From Chitinophagales bacterium (GTDB lineage: Bacteria; Bacteroidota; Bacteroidia; Chitinophagales; Chitinophagaceae): DNA of 64,000 bases. Made by a program: the position numbers and the translations under genes. This document shows, piece by piece, positions 45,118 to 53,354 of the stretch. Location of the stretch: contig JAATGQ010000125.1 in the NCBI GenBank assembly GCA_015654595.1, positions 1,209 to 65,208 on the forward strand. Reading direction: 5' to 3'. The notes under the pieces are model-generated. The model was not told the DNA's origin. It did not search any database and saw nothing but the letters and a program-made list of their open reading frames with translations. Position 1 is the first letter of the stretch, and each line of letters starts with the position of its first letter.

Positions 45118-46122
45118 TCAGTGTTGGGGATGGTCGGGGTCCTCGTCGGACTCGTCCTCGGCCGGGTCATGGTGTTGGTCGTCTTCGCCGGCTTCCGGTT
45201 CGTCTTCGTCAGACTCATCTTCAGCGGCGTCATGTTCTTCTTCTTCGAGGTCGTCGTCATCTCCTTCGGACTGCTCATCGGATCCTTCGCTTGTCGCATC
45301 TTCTCCTTCGGACTGCTCATCGGATCCTTCGCTTGTCGCGTCTTCTCCTTCTAAGGGTCCGGCAGATCCTTCGACTTGCGTTTCCCCATGAAGCGCATCA
45401 GCGACATCACCCTCGTCAGCAAAGCTGCCTTCTGCTGCGCCGGTTTCTGTGTCGTGTTCTATCAGCTCCCCTTGTTCGGAAACGATGAGTGGTTTGCCGT
45501 CGGCGCCTTCACCCACTTCTTCGGAAATGGTTTCGCCGGGGCTATGTTTGATGATAGTAGGTTCGACGAGTTGTTCGTTGAAGATTTCCTTCAGCTTGGG
45601 CAGGTCGGCGGCAGAATTGATCCCGAAGTAGTCCATGAAGCTTTTGGAAGTAATATAGACCAGGGGTTTACCAGGCATGTCCTCATTACGCCCGGATATG
45701 ACGATGAGTTCTTTTTCGAGCAGCTTCTGAATAGAGTAGTCGCTGCTGACGCCGCGGATAGCCTCGATCTCCCCTTTGGTGATGGGTTGCTTGTATGCGA
45801 TGATGGCGAGCGTTTCCATGGCCGCACTGGACAGCCTTTTCAGGAATTTTTCGCCGTTTAGCTGCGCTACTGTCTTGTGAAAGTCGCGTTTGGTCAGGAA
45901 TTGCCAGCCGCCTCCGCTTTCTCTGACTTCGAAGGGATAGAATTCGGACGCATATTTTTCCCGGATGCCGTCGATGGAGGTCTGGATCTGCTCGAGCGTC
46001 AGCTTTTCTTCCATAAAGCCAAAGGCATTGTTGATCAGCTCCGTGATCTCCATAGAAGTCAGAGGCTTATCACTGGCGAAGATCAGCGCTTCGATGTGCG
46101 GGATGATGTTTCCGATTTCCAT
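45118..46122 (-). CDS. scpB: SMC-Scp complex subunit ScpB with long acidic tail
   Basis: IEALIFAS, LSSAAMETLAIIAYKQPITKGEIEAIRGV, PGKP, FMDYFG. Confidence 0.93.
   Translation of the reverse strand: MEIGNIIPHIEALIFASDKPLTSMEITELINNAFGFMEEKLTLEQIQTSIDGIREKYASEFYPFEVRESGGGWQFLTKRDFHKTVAQLNGEKFLKRLSSAAMETLAIIAYKQPITKGEIEAIRGVSSDYSIQKLLEKELIVISGRNEDMPGKPLVYITSKSFMDYFGINSAADLPKLKEIFNEQLVEPTIIKHSPGETISEEVGEGADGKPLIVSEQGELIEHDTETGAAEGSFADEGDVADALHGETQVEGSAGPLEGEDATSEGSDEQSEGEDATSEGSDEQSEGDDDDLEEEEHDAAEDESDEDEPEAGEDDQHHDPAEDESDEDPDHPQH
45261..45351. repeat. 42-bp tandem repeat (2 copies plus partial) in the scpB tail
   Basis: ctccttcggactgctcatcggatccttcgcttgtcgc(a/g)tctt twice; encodes EDATSEGSDEQSEG twice. 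Confidence 0.85.
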
Positions 46123-46170
46123 ATGCTAAAGTTTGACCGGCGGTCCTGCTCAGGTCGCCGCCGCAGAAGA

Positions 46171-47052
46171 TTAACCCTGCAGGGCTGCTGCACCACTCAC
46201 GATTTCGGTCAGTTCGGTCGTAATAGCCGCCTGACGAGCACGGTTGTAAGAGAGACGCAGCGCTTTGATCAGCTCGTTGGCGTTGTCGCTGGCCTTATCC
46301 ATAGCCGTCATACGGGCACCATGCTCGGAAGCGTTGGCGTCGAGGACAGCCTTGAACAGCTGGGTGTTCAGGATCTTTGGCATCAGCTCGGCAACGAGTT
46401 CTTCTTTACTGGGTTCGAAGATAAAGTCGGTATTGGCAGCGCCTGGTTTCTTTTCCACCTTGGGGATAGGAAGCATCTTTTCTACAACAAAAGCCTGCAT
46501 GGCTGCGTTCTTAAATTGGCTGTAGACGATTTCCACCGCGTCGAATTCCTTGTTTTCGAAAGCCTTCACAGCGGCCTGAGCTGCGGCCTGGACATTTTCG
46601 AAAGTCAGGTTGAGGAAAATATCCTTATAGGTATCGGTAACCTTGAAGTTGTTCTTTTGGAAGTGTTCATACCCTTTCTTACCAATGGACCAGATGGTGA
46701 CATTGCCTTTGGCTTGTTGATCGGCATATTTTTCGCGGATCGTAGCCTTTGCAAGTTTGATCAGATTGGCGTTATAGGCGCCTGCCAGACCACGGTCGCT
46801 GGTGATGACGATCAGCAGCACTTTTTCAACGGGGCGTTCGACGGCGAGCTGCATGCCCAGATCACCTTCGGAATTGCTGACGATATTGCTAAGCAATTCC
46901 TGGAGCTTTTGAGCATAAGGGCGCATCTGGATAATAGCATCCTGGGCGCGGCGAAGTTTGGCTGCGCTGACCATTTTCATGGCCTTTGTGATCTGCTGTG
47001 AGTTCTGGATGGATTTGATCCGGTTGCGTACCTCTTTAAGTTGTCCTGCCAT
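46171..47052 (-). CDS. atpG: ATP synthase F1 subunit gamma
   Basis: ITKAMKMVSAAKL, SDRGLAG, SEHGARMTAM, RQAAITTELTEI; true start MAGQLKEV. Confidence 0.97.
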   Translation of the reverse strand: MAGQLKEVRNRIKSIQNSQQITKAMKMVSAAKLRRAQDAIIQMRPYAQKLQELLSNIVSNSEGDLGMQLAVERPVEKVLLIVITSDRGLAGAYNANLIKLAKATIREKYADQQAKGNVTIWSIGKKGYEHFQKNNFKVTDTYKDIFLNLTFENVQAAAQAAVKAFENKEFDAVEIVYSQFKNAAMQAFVVEKMLPIPKVEKKPGAANTDFIFEPSKEELVAELMPKILNTQLFKAVLDANASEHGARMTAMDKASDNANELIKALRLSYNRARQAAITTELTEIVSGAAALQG

Positions 47053-47345
47053 AGAACGAAACGTGTTTAAAATGGCTGCAAAAATAGAGTAAATGGGGGA
47101 GAATTCCGCGTGTGAGGGGAAAACCGGTGGAAAATTATGGCTTAGGCCGTTTGGGGGCGTGCGCGGGGACCTTAGCGGCAGCAGCGCCCCTTCCCCGGAA
47201 ATGGCTGATGCGCTGAAAATGTACAAGAGTGCGACGCAACGGCTGTCGGCTGTGGGGACAATGCCGGCTCCCCCACTCCACATAATTGATTGACTTTGCT
47301 GTCGTAATGTCGGAAATAAATTAGATTTTTGTATATAACAATACT

Positions 47346-48446
47346 ATGGAAAAGAAACTTAATCATCCTGACCGCAAGGCGGGACGTTCCAAGGGGGCGG
47401 TTAAAAAGAAAGCGATTGCTGCGCCAAAGCCTGGCAAAACAGGCGCAACGGGAATTTTAAAAAAGACAGATACTGCCGCGAGATCGGTTCGAACGGGCAA
47501 AACGGGTCCCACCGGGATCATCCGCGAGACGGGAAAGAACGGCATGGAAGACAATAGTGGATTCGACATTGACGTAAAACCGGCGGCCAACGGCCTCAAC
47601 GGCAAATCGGCCAAGGCCCCGGCCGGAAAGACGGTGGCGGCAAAAGGACGCGCCGGCAAAGCCAAAAAGGCCGGCGCCAAACAGCCTTTGATCCTCATCA
47701 CCAACGACGACGGCATCAGCGCGCCTGGTATCCGTAACCTGGTAGAGGCGGTTCGTGGTCTCGGAAAGATCGTGGTAGTAGCCCCCGACAAGCCCCAATC
47801 GGGTATGGGACATGCCATCACCATCGGGAATCCGCTGCGGCTTCAGCCCATGCACCATATGTTCGAAGGGATCGAAGCTTTTTCCTGCTCGGGAACACCC
47901 GTGGATTGCGTAAAGCTCGCCGTCGACAAAGTGCTCCGCCGCAAACCGGATCTTTGTCTGAGCGGTATCAACCACGGCGCGAACCACTCTATCAACGTGA
48001 TCTATTCCGGGACTATGTCGGCGGCGGTAGAGGCGGCCATCGAAAGTATCCCCTCGATCGGATTCAGCCTTTTGGATTATAGCGTGGAGGCTGATTTTGG
48101 TCCGGCACGCAAATATGTGCGGATCATCGTCCAGGAAGTGCTGTCTCGCTCTGCAGATAAGCACCTGATTCTCAATGTGAATTTTCCCGCCGTACCCGAA
48201 AACCTGCTAAAGGGTATCCGGGTTTGCCGGCAGGCTTATGCGAAGTACGAGGAAGACTTTATCGAACGGAACGACCCGAATCAGAAGAAATATTACTGGT
48301 TGACGGGAAAATTCGTGAATTTCGATCGTGGCAGGGATACGGATGTGTGGGCGTTGGAGCACAATTATGTGAGTGTGGTGCCCGTACAATTTGACATGAC
48401 GAATTACGTTCTTAAAAGCAAACTCGAAAAAACGTGGAAATCGTGA
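47346..48446 (+). CDS. surE: 5'/3'-nucleotidase SurE with Lys/Ala/Gly-rich N-terminal extension
   Basis: ILITNDDG, QSGMGH, GTPVDCV, SGINHGAN, YSGT. Confidence 0.93.
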   Translation: MEKKLNHPDRKAGRSKGAVKKKAIAAPKPGKTGATGILKKTDTAARSVRTGKTGPTGIIRETGKNGMEDNSGFDIDVKPAANGLNGKSAKAPAGKTVAAKGRAGKAKKAGAKQPLILITNDDGISAPGIRNLVEAVRGLGKIVVVAPDKPQSGMGHAITIGNPLRLQPMHHMFEGIEAFSCSGTPVDCVKLAVDKVLRRKPDLCLSGINHGANHSINVIYSGTMSAAVEAAIESIPSIGFSLLDYSVEADFGPARKYVRIIVQEVLSRSADKHLILNVNFPAVPENLLKGIRVCRQAYAKYEEDFIERNDPNQKKYYWLTGKFVNFDRGRDTDVWALEHNYVSVVPVQFDMTNYVLKSKLEKTWKS

Positions 48447-48739
48447 TATTCAAAAAAGACAATCTCAAACTTGGGCTGGTGCTTGGGCTGGTTGCGCCGA
48501 TCTTAAGTCTGCTGATCTATTATATGTGGAAGTTTTATCCAACGTTTTCGTTGGGAGAATTCTTCCACTATCTGCTGACAAACAAGCCGCAGATCACGGC
48601 GGTGAGTGTGCCTTGTCTGGTCTTGAATATAGCTCTTTTCACCGTTTATATAAACTCGCATAGAGATTCTACCGCGAAGGGAATTTTTGTGGCGACCTTG
48701 CTTTATGCGATCGTCGCGTTGCTGTTCAAATTTATTTAA
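48434..48739 (+). CDS. small three-TM membrane protein
   Basis: Overlaps the surE stop; three hydrophobic segments. Confidence 0.7.
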   Translation: MEIVIFKKDNLKLGLVLGLVAPILSLLIYYMWKFYPTFSLGEFFHYLLTNKPQITAVSVPCLVLNIALFTVYINSHRDSTAKGIFVATLLYAIVALLFKFI

Positions 48740-49143
48740 ACGCCGCATCCAGGCGCCGCCCGCGTCTAGGCGCTAAGCGCCGAAACCAAACGCTGCGCCT
48801 GATAAAGCCCGCGTACAGATGCCCTATCAAAGGCTGCGACCAGATATTGCGCACCTGCCGAGGCCAGGATCTTCCAAAGCGCTGCACCGAATCGAAGCAC
48901 TGCCCCGCACCCAAGGGCGGCACATAGACGCCGAACCAACCGCTGCCCTAAGGTCCGCGTAAAAATGCCGCATGCATGCGCCGCGCCCGATAAGTCCCGC
49001 GCATGCATTATACCATAAGTGTACGATTGCTTGCTATTTATACACTGTTTTAAAAATCTTTATCAAAAGCTGGAACTTTGTTCCAGATTCTTTTGGAACA
49101 TTTTAGAACACCCCTTATTTTTGCACTCCTTTTTAAGGACGAT

Positions 49144-49214
49144 TGCCCGATAGTATAATGGTAGTACGACAGATTTTGGTTCTGTTTGTCTTGGTTCGAA
49201 TCCAGGTCGGGCAA
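49144..49214 (+). tRNA. tRNA-Gln (TTG)
   Basis: Acceptor TGCCCGA/TCGGGCA, D-arm TAGTATAATGGTAGTAC, anticodon arm ACAGA-TTTTGGT-TCTGT, T-loop GGTTCGAATCC. Confidence 0.96.
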
Positions 49215-49259
49215 CGAAAGGAGGATTTTCGCGATTCTCAAAAGCACTCAAAGAACGGC

Positions 49260-49296
49260 TAAACCCGCTACAGTCCTGCATTGTAGCGGGTTTTTT
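49260..49296 (+). terminator. hairpin/terminator just inside the islet left end
   Basis: AAACCCGCTACA...TGTAGCGGGTTTTTT. Confidence 0.7.
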
Positions 49297-49415
49297 CATT
49301 TTTAACCCCTCCCTCATTTTCCGCTGAAATCCGCCCATTTTCGCCAACTTTTTTACGGTTTTCCAGCCTATCCGTATTGAGACAGTAATAACGAAATATT
49401 ATCCTTCAAGAATTA

Positions 49416-51200
49416 CTAATTCACTTCACTATTAACCGTACTGTTTGAGATCGCATAATCTCTTCTTTCTCCAATTTGTTGTCGCCACATTGCATAATAT
49501 AGTCCTTTCATATCAAGCAGTTCTTCGTGAGACCCGGTTTCTGAAATTCGCCCTTTTTCCAGTACGTAAATTTTATTTGCATGCATGATTGTAGAAAGCC
49601 GATGCGCTATGAGTATGGTTATTTGTTCTTCCTCTGCAGATATTTTCCTGATGGTTTTAGTAATGTCTTCCTCCGTAAGGGAATCCAACGCGGAAGTAGC
49701 CTCATCAAAGATCAACAATCGCGGCTTTCGTAATAAAGCACGCGCAATAGACAAGCGTTGTTTTTCTCCGCCGGATAGTTTCATTCCGTTTTCGCCAAGG
49801 AGCGTATCAATACCGTGGGAAGCTTTGGCGATCAGGGGACTAGCCGCAGCTCTGTTTAATGCGTCGATAATTTCCTCATCTGTGGCTGAAGGTTGTACAA
49901 AAAGCATGTTGTCCCTGATAGTTCCGGCGTAAAGCTGGGTATCCTGGCTTACGAAACCAATCTGCCTTCTTAAGGGATTGTAAGCGATTGCCGTAGCTGA
50001 TGTATCGTTAAAAGAAACGTTACCGCTTACGGGGGTGTACAGGCCTACCAGCAGCTTCACCAAAGTAGATTTCCCTGCCCCTGAGGGCCCTACGAATGCA
50101 ATGGTTTCTCCGGTATTAACCATAAAGCTTATACCATCCACCGCATTGTAACCAGATGTTTTATGTCGGAATGTTACGTTTTCAAACCTCAGACTACTTA
50201 GTGGACCAACTTCAACTGCATTTTCTGGCCGCCGTTCTACCGGCTTGTTCATCAGCAGATCAAAGGTTGTTAAGGACTCCGCCACTTCGCGATATAAAAG
50301 AATCATGTTGCCCAAATCAGTAAGCGGACCAAATATGGCTGTAGATATGAATTGCATCGCGATAAGTTCACCGGTACTAAGCACATTCCTAAAAATCAGC
50401 CAAAGCAAAATGAAAAGAATGGATTGCTTCAGCAAATTCAGCATATTGCCCTGCAGGAAAGTAAGCCAGCTCACTTTACGTGCTTTATACATTTCCAACT
50501 TGAATATGCTACCGGTTTGAGCATTGAGCCTTCGGACCTCGGCAAAGGTCAAACCGAGGCTCTTGACGAGTTCTATGTTGCGTAAGCTTTCTGTTATCAC
50601 GCCCGCCTGGGCACCGGTTTGCCGGTTGATTGAACGCTGAATTGACTTGATTTTTTGAGACAACAGCCCGGTCAATGAACCTAGCACCACGATGCCGACG
50701 AAAAAAACGGGTATCAACAAGCCATTTTTACTGATGCTGTACCACAGCAGGAAACTCACTCCTACAAGTGAAGAAAACGCGACATTGATAAAAGACGCGA
50801 TAAACTTTTCTGAATCTGACTTCAATCGTTGCAGAATGGATAATGTGGTGCCGCTCCGGCTTTCTTCAAACTCCTGAAAGGATAAGTGTAGCGTCTGTTT
50901 TATACCGTCATTAAATATTTGCATACCGAACCGGGCTACCATATTACGGGTGAGGTAGTCCTGAGCAGCCTTAAATGATTTAGCAAGTAAAGCGACAGCT
51001 ATTGCCAGTCCCAGCAATTTCAACACGCCTTTGAGTTGCTGATCCGTGCTCAGATGATATTTATTACTTGCATAATGATCGATGATCTTACCAAAGATAA
51101 TGGGGTCGACCAACCCAAGTAACGTCGCTGCACCGGCCAGCAAGAGGGTCCAGGTAATTATCAGCCGGTGAGGCTTTAGGTATTTCCACAGTAGTTTCAT
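49416..51200 (-). CDS. ABC transporter ATP-binding/permease (exporter type)
   Basis: TM domain plus GPSGAGKST, LSGGEKQR, LLIFDEATSALD, IAHRLST. Confidence 0.94.
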   Translation of the reverse strand: MKLLWKYLKPHRLIITWTLLLAGAATLLGLVDPIIFGKIIDHYASNKYHLSTDQQLKGVLKLLGLAIAVALLAKSFKAAQDYLTRNMVARFGMQIFNDGIKQTLHLSFQEFEESRSGTTLSILQRLKSDSEKFIASFINVAFSSLVGVSFLLWYSISKNGLLIPVFFVGIVVLGSLTGLLSQKIKSIQRSINRQTGAQAGVITESLRNIELVKSLGLTFAEVRRLNAQTGSIFKLEMYKARKVSWLTFLQGNMLNLLKQSILFILLWLIFRNVLSTGELIAMQFISTAIFGPLTDLGNMILLYREVAESLTTFDLLMNKPVERRPENAVEVGPLSSLRFENVTFRHKTSGYNAVDGISFMVNTGETIAFVGPSGAGKSTLVKLLVGLYTPVSGNVSFNDTSATAIAYNPLRRQIGFVSQDTQLYAGTIRDNMLFVQPSATDEEIIDALNRAAASPLIAKASHGIDTLLGENGMKLSGGEKQRLSIARALLRKPRLLIFDEATSALDSLTEEDITKTIRKISAEEEQITILIAHRLSTIMHANKIYVLEKGRISETGSHEELLDMKGLYYAMWRQQIGERRDYAISNSTVNSEVN

Positions 51201-51748
51201 ATGATTTTAGTCCATTCTTCTATTGCTAAAACAGTTGCCTGGCGCGGGAAGACTTTATTAATCAGGATATTGTGGACTTCGGCATCGCTATTAGCGCAGC
51301 AATCGGCCAATACTGTTAACCTATAATCTTTATCAGCGGCTTCACGTACAGTTGATAATACCACACCACTGGTCGCATAACCACTCAATATCAAATGAGT
51401 TATACCCTGCGATCTTATAATAATTTCCAGATCGCTGCCAGTGAACGCGCTCATTCGTTTTTTGATCACGGTAATATCTTTTTCAACAGGTGCCACTGCA
51501 GGATGGATCTTTATAAAGTCTTCTGACAATTCCGCGGTCCATTTATCCCTGTCTGCTGGTTTCTTCCGCTCGGGCGCACCCGGCCTGAATCCAATGACCA
51601 CGTAAATAATGAGTATTCCTTTTTTCCGCGCATGGGTGATGGCTTTAGCCACATTTGCAGTAAAATCATCAACGTTTGAAAGCTTTTTAATCATTGTTGT
51701 CTGCATGTCCATTACCAGTAATGCCATTTGACTATAATTTCCCCCCAT
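51197..51748 (-). CDS. isochorismatase family cysteine hydrolase
   Basis: ALLVMDMQ, KKRMSAF, GYATSGVVLSTVREAADKDY. Confidence 0.88.
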   Translation of the reverse strand: MGGNYSQMALLVMDMQTTMIKKLSNVDDFTANVAKAITHARKKGILIIYVVIGFRPGAPERKKPADRDKWTAELSEDFIKIHPAVAPVEKDITVIKKRMSAFTGSDLEIIIRSQGITHLILSGYATSGVVLSTVREAADKDYRLTVLADCCANSDAEVHNILINKVFPRQATVLAIEEWTKII

Positions 51749-51774
51749 ATTTATATTGAATTAGTGTTTAAACA

Positions 51775-51800
51775 TTCGACAAATTCCTAAATTTGTCGAA
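51775..51800. promoter_or_regulatory. TetR-type operator 1
   Basis: Perfect inverted repeat TTCGACAAATT-CCTA-AATTTGTCGAA. Confidence 0.75.
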
Positions 51801-51817
51801 ACGCTTTTAAATTTTTT

Positions 51818-52435
51818 TTATCTCTTTATTCCTCTCATTAATGCTTTTATCAAAGCATTAACTGTGTGTTCTATCTGGGAATAGTTCCCATCAATAATCA
51901 TTTCCCGTTTTAAGCCGTGCAAATTGCTTAGCAGGACATAGATCAGTGAGTTCTGTTCTTCTGCGGACATATCAACCAATTCTCCGCCTTCAATACCACT
52001 GGCCAGCACTTTGCGCAATAATTCGCCTTCCTGTTTGAATATACGCTTATGTATAATGCGTTTTACCTTGGTATAACGCGACAATTCATCTGCATCCATG
52101 CCCGAATCTACCGCATTGTAAAGCTCTTTTCTTTTTTTCGCGAGATTAAGCCTGGTTGTATAAAACGCGTGGAGTTTTTTTTCTGCGGTTGGCGCAGACT
52201 CAACCGCCTTACTGACATCTGTAATGATTTTCCTGATCGCAATATCCATCACATCAATAAATATGTCTTCTTTATTTTTGTAATAATAATAAAGCGAACT
52301 GCGGCCCTTACCTACGGCTTTTGCAACGTCGTCCATATTGACCTTGTTAAATCCATGCACCTTAAATAGATTTTCGGCAGCTTTGATGATTTGCTGTTGA
52401 ATTAACTCGTTTTTTAGTTGTTCTGTCTCAGCCAT
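51818..52435 (-). CDS. TetR/AcrR family transcriptional regulator
   Basis: IIKAAENLF..GFNKVNMDDVAKAVGKGRSSLYYYYKNKEDI HTH. Confidence 0.93.
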   Translation of the reverse strand: MAETEQLKNELIQQQIIKAAENLFKVHGFNKVNMDDVAKAVGKGRSSLYYYYKNKEDIFIDVMDIAIRKIITDVSKAVESAPTAEKKLHAFYTTRLNLAKKRKELYNAVDSGMDADELSRYTKVKRIIHKRIFKQEGELLRKVLASGIEGGELVDMSAEEQNSLIYVLLSNLHGLKREMIIDGNYSQIEHTVNALIKALMRGIKR

Positions 52436-52468
52436 GATTTATTTATAATAAACAAAGGTAGGGTAAAA

Positions 52469-52494
52469 TTAGACATAAAACAAAATATGTCGAG
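52469..52494. promoter_or_regulatory. TetR-type operator 2 (autoregulatory)
   Basis: TTAGACA-N12-TGTCGAG, the same GACA-N12-TGTC geometry as operator 1. Confidence 0.65.
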
Positions 52495-52714
52495 TGTCCA
52501 ATGATGGGGAGTAAGATCTATTTGAATGTAGCATTTGATCTGGAGCATCTTTAACAGCCAGAGAACGGCGTTACCTTTGCCTCAGATAGTAAGAAGAAAG
52601 AGAGAAGTGCCGTTTTAAAGATGCAGCGTTTCATAAATATCTCCGGTTTTAAAACCGGAAGTGCCAAGTACGTCTGCTTGCTCCTTGGTTAGCTGGCCTG
52701 TGATGCCAGGTTTG

Positions 52715-53074
52715 CTACCATCCTGCCGAACGTTCTTTTGGAGGCTTGCTAAAGAGATTGGCTTGTAATAAAAGGGTTTCTTCATCAGAGAGCTTCAGGT
52801 TGATAGTAGACGACCCATACTGCAAATAACTTTCCGTCCCTGGGATGAAATTGAGGGTAAGGACGTGATTACGAACAACGTTTACAAGAAATAGATCTTC
52901 CCTGGCAATGCAAATTGGTCGATTTGTGTCAAAATGCCGTTCGGCACGTCGGTCACGATGTAAATACAAGGGTAGGGCTTCCTTGTAGGCCTTAGACTTT
53001 TTGATACCCGTATCAGCCATGGTGGCAGGAGAATAATGCATCGTATAATGACTGTGGCGGCCAAAGATGTCCAA
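52715..53074 (-). CDS. hypothetical protein or gene remnant inside the islet
   Basis: 119-aa ORF with no recognisable motif. Confidence 0.3.
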   Translation of the reverse strand: MDIFGRHSHYTMHYSPATMADTGIKKSKAYKEALPLYLHRDRRAERHFDTNRPICIAREDLFLVNVVRNHVLTLNFIPGTESYLQYGSSTINLKLSDEETLLLQANLFSKPPKERSAGW

Positions 53075-53309
53075 GGGTAACCCTCCCGTTGCTCACTGAC
53101 TAAGATGGGGAAATACTAAAAATTGATATATTTGAGCAGACAAGTCGAACTTGGTCAAGGGGCATTGGGCGGGTTCCTGCACCCTATGGTAGGTTGAATT
53201 TCAACGGCTGGTGTAAATATTTTACTGATAAAACGGCGTTTTGCGGTTTTTTACGCTTTTCAATTAATCAATTGATTATCAAATTAGTATTTTTCCCAGG
53301 TCGGGCAAC

Positions 53310-53339
53310 AAAAAAACCTCGCAAAGCGAGGTTTTTTTT
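53310..53339. terminator. bidirectional terminator after the right direct repeat (probably the original tRNA terminator)
   Basis: AAAAAAACCTCGC-AAA-GCGAGGTTTTTTTT. Confidence 0.85.
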
Positions 53340-53354
53340 ATTTGTTCATTACTA

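Larger units (their letters stand above)
49202..53309. mobile_element. integrase-less genomic islet inserted at the tRNA-Gln 3' end
   Basis: 14-bp direct repeat CCAGGTCGGGCAAC at 49202-49215 and 53296-53309; interior visibly more AT-rich than the flanks. Confidence 0.8.

Noticed and set aside
43855-47001. Long plus-strand ORFs (359 aa and 374 aa) opposite lysA and scpB/atpG, and similar shadows elsewhere (e.g. 25405..26355, 61716..62588)
   Set aside because: Antisense shadows of well-supported genes with no motifs; expected from codon bias.
47053-47283. Track N-terminal extensions of atpG (likewise hemN, the receiver-Crp regulator, 9519 and 30628..31176)
   Set aside because: Conserved N-termini and -7 promoter boxes place the true starts downstream.
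49063-49347. ORFs overlapping the tRNA
   Set aside because: Spurious translations across tRNA-Gln and a terminator.
52500-53295. Integrase remnant at the islet right end
   Set aside because: No tyrosine-recombinase R/HxxR/Y or serine-recombinase motif was recognisable in the listed ORFs; a tblastn search would be needed to exclude a decayed copy.
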